This document shows, one piece after another, positions 24,500 to 30,292 of a stretch of DNA of 32,000 bases. Source of the DNA: an uncultured Kingella sp. (GTDB taxonomy: Bacteria; Pseudomonadota; Gammaproteobacteria; Burkholderiales; Neisseriaceae); NCBI GenBank assembly GCA_963551505.1, contig CAUVGV010000001.1, positions 10,704 to 42,703 of the forward strand, in the 5' to 3' direction. The position numbers were made by a program, and so were the translations under genes. The notes beneath the pieces are model-generated. The model saw nothing but the letters and a program-made list of their open reading frames with translations. It was not told where the DNA came from and made no database searches. How positions within the stretch are numbered: position 1 is the stretch's first letter; every line of letters starts with the position of its first letter.

Positions 24500-24995
24500 T
24501 CCACGCATCGCCCTTGCGCTGTACAAAGGCAACCGCAGCGGCAGATGGTACAGACCCAGCGTATTACAAGCGCGGCTGGGCGATTGGCTGATTCGCACGT
24601 TTACCCGCAGCCCTTACAGCCATTGCGAAATCGCCGTGTACAAAGGCGGCGAGCAATACGACTGCTATTCCGCCAGCCTACGCGATGGCGGCGTGCGCCT
24701 GAAAACCATGCCGCTGCCAGCGGACAAGTGGGATTTAATCCCCATCAACCAACTTGATGCCTATATTGATGTGCTGAACTATTTTGCGCAAACGCGCGGC
24801 AAGCCTTATGACTTTATCGGCGCGTGTGGGGTTATTCTCGGCATTAAAGGCAGCCTGAAAAAGTGGTTTTGCAGCGAATGGTGCGCGGCGGCGTTGGGGT
24901 TGCAATATCCCGACCGATACAGCCCGCAAGCGTTGGCGGATTGGTTTAGGCAGCCTGAAAAGGCAATAGAAAATTACCGACGTCGAGAAATTTGA
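24492..24995 (+). CDS. Permuted papain-fold (YiiX/YaeF C92-like, NlpC/P60 superfamily) peptidase or amidase
   Basis: A His motif (SPYSHCEIAV) precedes a Cys motif (PYDF...KWFCSEWCAAAL), the order seen in the permuted papain family. The call is made from memory only. Confidence 0.5.
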   Translation: MDNPRIALALYKGNRSGRWYRPSVLQARLGDWLIRTFTRSPYSHCEIAVYKGGEQYDCYSASLRDGGVRLKTMPLPADKWDLIPINQLDAYIDVLNYFAQTRGKPYDFIGACGVILGIKGSLKKWFCSEWCAAALGLQYPDRYSPQALADWFRQPEKAIENYRRREI

Positions 24996-25071
24996 GCAAT
25001 GAGAAAGGCAATTTATGCAACAAAATTTAGAAAAACCGTTTGACAAGGAAAAACAGCGTGCAACAATTTTT

Positions 25072-25091
25072 ACAGACAGACAGACAGACAG
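25072..25091 (+). repeat. Tetranucleotide repeat (ACAG)5
   Basis: Five perfect tandem ACAG units read directly from the sequence. The tract ends 12 nt upstream of the dam ATG (25103) and lies inside the longer in-frame ORF that could start at GTG 25058. Confidence 0.95.
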
Positions 25092-25102
25092 ATACTAAAC
25101 CC

Positions 25103-25861
25103 ATGCCCATTATCGCGTGGATGGGCGGCAAACGCCGTTTAGCCAAGCATTTGCTGCCGTTATTTCCCGAGCATAGTTGTTATGTGGAGCTGTTTGCAGG
25201 CGGAGCGGCTTTGTTTTTTCTGCGCGACAAACCTGCCCGCTGCGAAGTGTTGAATGACATCAACGGCGATTTGGTGAATCTTTATCGCGTGGTGCAGCAT
25301 CATTTTGACGAATTTGTGCGCCAGTTCGCATGGCAGTTGAGCAGCCGCCAAATCTTTGTCCAACTGCAAGCCACGCCGCCCGATACCTTAACCGACATTC
25401 AACGCGCGGCGCGTTTCTTTTATCTGCAATACAATACATTTGGTAAAAAACCATTTGGGCGACACTATGGCACAGCCACCACCAGCAAAGCATGGAATGC
25501 CGCCACCGTGGCACAAAGATTGCACGCCGCGCAGCAACGGCTCGGCGGGGTGTTTGTGGAAAACGAAACATGGCAAAGCTGCCTGAAACGTTATGACCGC
25601 CCGCACACCTTTTTCTACGCCGACCCGCCTTACTGGCAAACCGCAGACTATGGGCGCGGGTTTGATTGGTCAGAATACGAACAGCTTGCCCAAGCCATGC
25701 GCAGTATGCAGGGCAAAATGATGTTAAGCATCAACGACCACCCTGATATTCGTGCTTTATTTGCTGAATTTAAGGTGGTGGAATTGGAGCTGGCGTATTC
25801 GGTGGGCAGGCAAGCTGAAAGCAGAGGCAAGCGCGGAGAGTTGGTGATTATGAATTATTAA
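25103..25861 (+). CDS. dam: N6-adenine DNA methyltransferase (Dam / D12 class)
   Basis: The segments MPIIAWMGGKRRLAKHLLPLFP, FAGGAALFF and the catalytic FFYADPPYW. An alternative upstream start, GTG 25058, is preceded by AAGGA (25045-25049). Confidence 0.9.
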   Translation: MPIIAWMGGKRRLAKHLLPLFPEHSCYVELFAGGAALFFLRDKPARCEVLNDINGDLVNLYRVVQHHFDEFVRQFAWQLSSRQIFVQLQATPPDTLTDIQRAARFFYLQYNTFGKKPFGRHYGTATTSKAWNAATVAQRLHAAQQRLGGVFVENETWQSCLKRYDRPHTFFYADPPYWQTADYGRGFDWSEYEQLAQAMRSMQGKMMLSINDHPDIRALFAEFKVVELELAYSVGRQAESRGKRGELVIMNY

Positions 25862-25870
25862 GACAGACAT

Positions 25871-25905
25871 AAAAAAAGGGACGGTGAGCGTCCCTTTGGT
25901 TTTTG
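25871..25905. terminator. Bidirectional intrinsic terminator after dam
   Basis: An A-run, the stem AGGGACG-gtgag-CGTCCCT, then TTGGTTTTT. Confidence 0.75.
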
Positions 25906-25944
25906 TAATGGCGTTGCAATAGGTGCAATAAAATTTAAGCGTAT

Positions 25945-26301
25945 TTATCGTGCAATTTGGCTTTGAATTTCGGGCGCGGCATCATTAACCAGCCCGTTGA
26001 CAAAGCGTTTGTTCAGCACGAACAAACCCGTCAGCGCATACGGCATGTGCATCATGGTGCCCGGCAGGGTGTTGCGCTTGAATTTGACGTACTGGTAGGA
26101 CATCCATACCCCCAGCGCAATCCCCGCCAGCATGCCAAACGCCGTGCGCAGCGCGTATTGCAGCACCACCCCAATCATCAAGCCGACGATAAACACCGAA
26201 ATATCGTCCGATTCTAAAAACAGAAACTGGGGCAGGGTATCGACGTATTCGGGAAAAACGACGGCACGGTTGTTGTCGCTCAGTGTGTTCTCCATTCGCA
26301 T
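25945..26301 (-). CDS. traL: TraL-like type IV conjugative transfer protein
   Basis: 118 aa. The segment FPEYVDTLPQFLFLESDD, then two TM helices, then KFKRNTLPGTMMHMPYALTGLF parallel the F TraL layout (FP..L....DE / TM / KKGRG...W..P). Confidence 0.6.
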   Translation of the reverse strand: MRMENTLSDNNRAVVFPEYVDTLPQFLFLESDDISVFIVGLMIGVVLQYALRTAFGMLAGIALGVWMSYQYVKFKRNTLPGTMMHMPYALTGLFVLNKRFVNGLVNDAAPEIQSQIAR

Positions 26302-26798
26302 AAATCGCTGTCGGGCAGACGGGTTTCGCCGAAAATGCAGCGGCGGTTGACCCTTACGCCCAATCCGTCCAGATAACGCGCCACGCTCTCGGCGCGACGG
26401 GCGGCCAGTCGGTTGTTGTATTCCACTCCGGCACGCGAGTCGGCATAGCCGGAAAGAGTTACGCCCTGCTGCCGCAGCATCGGGGCGGCACGCCGCAGTG
26501 CCTGTTTTTCATACGCGGACAAAGCGGCCGAATCGGTGCGGAAGTACACCGTGTGCAGCACCTTGTGCTCTCCTGAGGCCGTCTGAAAAGACAAGGCAAT
26601 GCCCGCAGGGCTGACCGCCTGCGGCAGCCAGAAATAGCTGCCTTCCTCTTCGTCCAAAATAGCGGCATCACTGTATCCGGTGCGTTTCAGCACCACGATT
26701 TCGGTGCGCCGTGCAAGCGGCGGTTCGGGCGGCGGTGTGCTCGTGCACGCCGCCATCAGGCAGCCTGAAAGCACCGCCGTCAGAATTGTTTTGGCCAT
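26280..26798 (-). CDS. OmpA-family lipoprotein (peptidoglycan-associating)
   Basis: Signal plus lipobox AVLSGCLMAAC; the SGCL is encoded by a DUS. The C-terminal OmpA-like motif is VYFRTDSAALS...LSGYADSRAGVEYNNRLAARRAESV. Confidence 0.8.
   Translation of the reverse strand: MAKTILTAVLSGCLMAACTSTPPPEPPLARRTEIVVLKRTGYSDAAILDEEEGSYFWLPQAVSPAGIALSFQTASGEHKVLHTVYFRTDSAALSAYEKQALRRAAPMLRQQGVTLSGYADSRAGVEYNNRLAARRAESVARYLDGLGVRVNRRCIFGETRLPDSDLCEWRTH
26576..26587 (+). repeat. Neisseria-type AG-DUS AGGCCGTCTGAA; further copies at 31813-31824 and 31987-31998
   Basis: Exact 12-mers read from the sequence. I found this dialect only in the conjugative-element part of the window. Confidence 0.9.
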
Positions 26799-27174
26799 AT
26801 TTCCCTTTCTTGTCTGTTACCCTCAGCCACCGGATCAGGCAGCCTGAAAACAGCAGCAGTAAAACCGCATACGCCTTACGCCACGCATCAAACGTGCGGT
26901 AGGCATGGGGGCGCAGCATCTGTGCTGCATACACCGTCCAGCCGTCGCGTGCGGCGGGTTTCAGGCTGCCGAAACACTGGGGCAACTGCCCCGCGCTGAT
27001 GGCAAAAGACCATGCTGCCTCTGCCGGATTGCGAATGTCCGCGCTGCCGTAGAGCAGGTTTTCCTGCTGAGGCAGCGGACACAGGGGCGGCAGCGGTGCC
27101 GTCCACAGCCACAATGCCCACAGCACAGGCAGTGCTGCGGTCAGACACCTAGCGGTGCGTACTCTGCAACACAT
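26668..27174 (-). CDS. Hypothetical exported or membrane protein (possibly frameshifted)
   Basis: Hydrophobic N-terminus LTAALPVLWALWLW and a later TM segment AVLLLLFSGCLIRWL. The ORF tail overlaps the OmpA lipoprotein gene by 131 nt in another frame. Confidence 0.4.
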   Translation of the reverse strand: MCCRVRTARCLTAALPVLWALWLWTAPLPPLCPLPQQENLLYGSADIRNPAEAAWSFAISAGQLPQCFGSLKPAARDGWTVYAAQMLRPHAYRTFDAWRKAYAVLLLLFSGCLIRWLRVTDKKGKYGQNNSDGGAFRLPDGGVHEHTAARTAACTAHRNRGAETHRIQ

Positions 27175-27820
27175 CGGATACCAGCCCATTCATCAGCTGT
27201 ACCAGCACGCGGTAGTCGCCGCCGGTAAAGCCGGCGTGGGTGGTGTAGCGGCCGCCGACGGCGAAAAACGGCGTGGCGGTAACGCGGTAGCGGCGCACCA
27301 ACAGCATTGCCCGTGCTATCCGGTTCTGCGTCTGTTTGTCGGCAGCGGCAGCGGCGATTTGGCTGCGGGAAAACCCCATGCGGTGCAGCACTTGGGCAAA
27401 ATCGGCACTGCTGCGTGCCGTTTTCGCCGCTTCAAAGGCCAGCCGCTGATATTCGGCAATCCGCTGCGGCGCAAGGCTGCGTACGATATAGAAACCGGTG
27501 GCTGCCGCGTCCAACCGTTTGTTGCCGGTATAGAGCGGCACATACACAAAGCGAAACGGCTCGGGCAGCGTGCGCCCCCATTCGCCCATGCCGTACCACG
27601 TCTGTTCGCAGTAGGGGCATTCGTAGCTCATAAACATGAACACGCGGGACTGGTCGTCGGCATAAGGGCCGACCGCCAGATAGGGTTTGACAATATCCGG
27701 TTTGGCGGACTGTTCGAGTAACGCCCCGCTGTTTTCCGGCAAAGCAAACGGGTTGTCTGCCCGCGCTGCCAGCGAGGCGGACAATGCGGCAAATGCAGTC
27801 AGAAAACGGCGGCGGTTCAC
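27149..27820 (-). CDS. DsbA-like thioredoxin-fold oxidoreductase with a twin-arginine-like signal peptide
   Basis: CPYC active site (SYECPYCEQ). N-terminus MNRRRFLTAFAALSASLAARA. Confidence 0.8.
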   Translation of the reverse strand: MNRRRFLTAFAALSASLAARADNPFALPENSGALLEQSAKPDIVKPYLAVGPYADDQSRVFMFMSYECPYCEQTWYGMGEWGRTLPEPFRFVYVPLYTGNKRLDAAATGFYIVRSLAPQRIAEYQRLAFEAAKTARSSADFAQVLHRMGFSRSQIAAAAADKQTQNRIARAMLLVRRYRVTATPFFAVGGRYTTHAGFTGGDYRVLVQLMNGLVSDVLQSTHR

Positions 27821-29118
27821 GGTTGTTCTCCTGATAACAGCTTATCCACTACCATGCTGCCGATGGCGCAGGCATCGTCAAAATCAACCAGCCCCTGCGC
27901 CGACATTTCCAGCGCAGCTTCGGTCAGCGTGCGGTATTGCGGCTGCGCGTACAGGGCTTCGCGTACCGCCGCCATGTCGTGTGCCAGCAGAGCTTGGCGC
28001 ACCTGCGGCGAATTGAGGGCGAACTCGATGACCGGAATCCGCCCCGTATAGCCCGAGCGGCAGTTGTCGCACCCGTTTGGATTGCGGCGGTAGCAGGCAG
28101 CCTGAAAAAAGCGGGACGGCGGTTGTTCCGCCTCAGAAAGCGTAATTGCTTCGCGACAGTGCGGACACAGCCGGTTAAGCAGCCGCTGCGAGAAAAAGGC
28201 GAGCAGCACATCGGCAAGCATATAGCCTTCCACGCCCAGCCCCATCAGCCGGTACAGCAACAGCGGCGCATCGTTGGCATGAATGGTGGTCAGCACCAGA
28301 TGGCCGGTATTGGCAGCATTGACCGCCATTTCGGCGGTTTCGCCATCGCGCACTTCGCCGACCAGAATCACATCAGGGTCGTGGCGCATAAAGCTGCGGA
28401 TAACTTTGGAAAACGGGCGATAAACCGGATGAATGCTGATTTGGTTCGCGCCTTTAACCGGATATTCCACCGGATCTTCGGCGGTACAGACATGAATGTC
28501 TGGACGGTTGACATGGTTGAGACAGGCATTGAGCGTGTGCGATTTGCCCGATCCGGTCGGGCCGCAGCACAAAATCAGACCTTCGTTCACGGCCAAAACC
28601 TTTTCCAAAGCGCGGCGCACGCCGTCAGGCATATGGACGGCATCTAGTCCGAAATACGCGTTTTCCTGATTCAGAATGCGGCATACCGTGCTTTGGCCGT
28701 AGCGGTTAGGCAGAATACTGACCCGCACGTCCACCATCGTTTGGCTGGTCTGGTCCAGCAGCCAGAACGATCCGTCCTGTGGCGATTCGCGGTCGCTGTT
28801 GCCGATGCAGCATTTGGCGCGGATTTTCTCGTCCACTGCCTGCGAGGCGGCGCGGCTGAACAGCCAGCGGTCGGACAAGGCCATATCGCGGCCGCGCAGC
28901 CTGACCATGCAGCCGTTTTCCTGATCGCGGAAATGGATGTCGGACGCTTTGACCGATGCGGCATAGGGAAACACCCAGTTCAAAAAATCCACCACCGGCT
29001 TGTCGCCGTTCGAGGTGGAAATAAAACGTGCCGCCACGCCCAAATCAAAGGCTTTGCCCTCGTCCTGCAACAGCAGTGAGAGGGAGGCGGGTTCGTCGGT
29101 GTCGGCGGTATCGTGCAT
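27817..29118 (-). CDS. GspE/PilB-family secretion or pilus assembly ATPase
   Basis: Walker A GPTGSGKSHT, Asp box/Walker B DVILVGEVRD, His box TGHLVLTTIHAN and a tetracysteine CPHC...CDNC. The ATG at 29118 (MHDTAD...) is preferred over the 29196 extension. Confidence 0.85.
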   Translation of the reverse strand: MHDTADTDEPASLSLLLQDEGKAFDLGVAARFISTSNGDKPVVDFLNWVFPYAASVKASDIHFRDQENGCMVRLRGRDMALSDRWLFSRAASQAVDEKIRAKCCIGNSDRESPQDGSFWLLDQTSQTMVDVRVSILPNRYGQSTVCRILNQENAYFGLDAVHMPDGVRRALEKVLAVNEGLILCCGPTGSGKSHTLNACLNHVNRPDIHVCTAEDPVEYPVKGANQISIHPVYRPFSKVIRSFMRHDPDVILVGEVRDGETAEMAVNAANTGHLVLTTIHANDAPLLLYRLMGLGVEGYMLADVLLAFFSQRLLNRLCPHCREAITLSEAEQPPSRFFQAACYRRNPNGCDNCRSGYTGRIPVIEFALNSPQVRQALLAHDMAAVREALYAQPQYRTLTEAALEMSAQGLVDFDDACAIGSMVVDKLLSGEQP

Positions 29119-29435
29119 GGTTTCCCCAAAATGCCGGTGGGCATACTTTCGGGTTCGGACAGTCGGCAGTGCGGTGCGATGGCACTGCTGACGCAATACT
29201 TCTCAATATATTGCGGCGCACGAATGTGCTGACTGCCCGAACCGGAAAATACGCGGCCGGACGGATTGTCTGACAGTTTTTTGACAGGCTTTCGGTTTGA
29301 GATGCCCCCATCCTTACCCGGCTGCCTCGGTTGGCGATTCGCGGCAGGCAGTCCTGCCGCACTCAATAACCATTGTTCACAAAACATCATGAAAAATCAC
29401 GCAACAAAAGAAAAAAGTCCGATTTCCTTTGTTGC

Positions 29436-29465
29436 TTGACAATACAGAGCATTTTCCTGCATATT
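29436..29465 (+). promoter_or_regulatory. Sigma70-like promoter candidate in the divergent region
   Basis: TTGACA at 29436-29441, an 18-nt spacer, then CATATT at 29460-29465. Confidence 0.4.
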
Positions 29466-29471
29466 TCGCGG

Positions 29472-29599
29472 TTCGCCTGTTTGCCGCAGTGCATTCTCAA
29501 AACCGTTAATGCTTTGTTTTACCGTAATAAAGTAAGGGTAAGGGCGATTATCCAAAAGCCAAAAAGCGGGATGCTTAAAGCACGCATCCCGCTTTTTTT
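29472..29599 (+). ncRNA. Candidate small RNA of about 125 nt (promoter to intrinsic terminator, no credible ORF)
   Basis: Bounded by the promoter candidate above and by a terminator: stem GCGGGATGC / GCATCCCGC at 29566-29592 plus seven T at 29593-29599. The only internal ATG gives 8 codons. Confidence 0.3.
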
Positions 29600-29600
29600 C

Positions 29601-29797
29601 AACAGCCCCAAAGGCAAAGGGAACAGCCCAAAGGTCAAAGGAAAAAGGATTTAAGGGCAAATGCCAAAAGGCGTTAAAGGCAATAGGCTTGTTATTCTTT
29701 GAATAACAAGCCTTTAAAACACCATAAAGCCGCAGCATAGGCAGCCTGAAAACGCAAGCAACAATGCAAAAAAACCGTTTTTCACTTTGTTGCTTGC
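29601..29797. promoter_or_regulatory. oriT-like / regulatory repeat region between the divergent tra operons
   Basis: An imperfect 21-bp tandem repeat AACAGCCC(C)AAAGGnCAAAGG at 29601-29642. A 29-bp perfect palindrome AGGCTTGTTATTC-ttt-GAATAACAAGCCT at 29685-29713. Inverted repeat GCAAGCAACA / TGTTGCTTGC at 29754-29797. Direct repeat CTTTGTTGCTTG at about 29427 and about 29786. Confidence 0.45.
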
Positions 29798-29854
29798 CTG
29801 TGCGCGTTTTTGTCCGAAATACTCGCGACATTTGTCCGACGGAGCCGAAACGCC

Positions 29855-30292
29855 ATGCAACCAGAACACTTTATGCAACTGCACCGCAGCATCGAGCGTC
29901 TGCATGGCGTTTCGCCGCTGTGGTCGGCGGTGCTGGCCTACCGCATCGCGCAGTGCGGCGGCTTTATGGAGCAGCTGACGCTCGGCGAAGCAGACAGCAG
30001 CAGTGTGCTGGTGGCGCAAACTGCTGCCCTTTTGGACGCGCTCCCTGCCGACAGCAGCGACCGAACGCTGGCACAGGCACTGACCACTGGTTTTGACGGT
30101 TTCTACTGGCATGCCTGCAGTACGGCCGCAGGACGCACCGTACACTGGAACAGCCTGCACGAACCTTTTTTCGTCTTCTGCGCCCGCACCGCCGTGTCCG
30201 AACTGGCGCAGTTGTCCGTCTCCCATGCCGATGAAGCTGAGGCAGCATCTTGGCTTCTGGCCACTGCAACAGGGGGCGCATTATGCCGTTGA
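29855..30292 (+). CDS. Hypothetical protein upstream of and overlapping traI
   Basis: ATG 29855 lies 10 nt after GGAG. 145 aa, no motif recognised. The stop overlaps the traI start by 10 nt. Confidence 0.5.
   Translation: MQPEHFMQLHRSIERLHGVSPLWSAVLAYRIAQCGGFMEQLTLGEADSSSVLVAQTAALLDALPADSSDRTLAQALTTGFDGFYWHACSTAAGRTVHWNSLHEPFFVFCARTAVSELAQLSVSHADEAEAASWLLATATGGALCR

Larger units (their letters stand above)
1..25905 (+). mobile_element. Mu-like transposable prophage. The left end is not in the window and the right end lies somewhere in 25862-25944. It carries a transposition module, Mor, head genes and a P2-type tail, but no lysis, terminase or portal genes.
   Basis: Co-oriented gene order MuA-like DDE transposase, MuB-like ATPase, DUF3164, GemA, Mor, protease/scaffold, capsid, gp36/gp37-like, sheath, tube, tape measure, baseplate, fibre, Dam. 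Many ATGA or TGATG stop-start overlaps. Confidence 0.8.

Noticed and set aside
1353-29196. The longest-ORF starts given by the track (1353, 3056, 4595, 7451, 10473, 11558, 17668, 19783, 25040, 29196, 29810).
   Set aside because: Each extension overlaps the preceding gene or lacks an RBS. An internal ATG that gives a stop-start overlap, or that follows a Shine-Dalgarno sequence and matches the conserved family N-terminus, was preferred. Exact starts remain unverified.
29373-29831. ORFs of 93 aa (+) and 144 aa (-) in the divergent tra region.
   Set aside because: Both run across perfect palindromes, an intrinsic terminator and tandem repeats. They have Lys/Arg/Phe-rich low-complexity translations and no RBS. 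The region was treated as non-coding.
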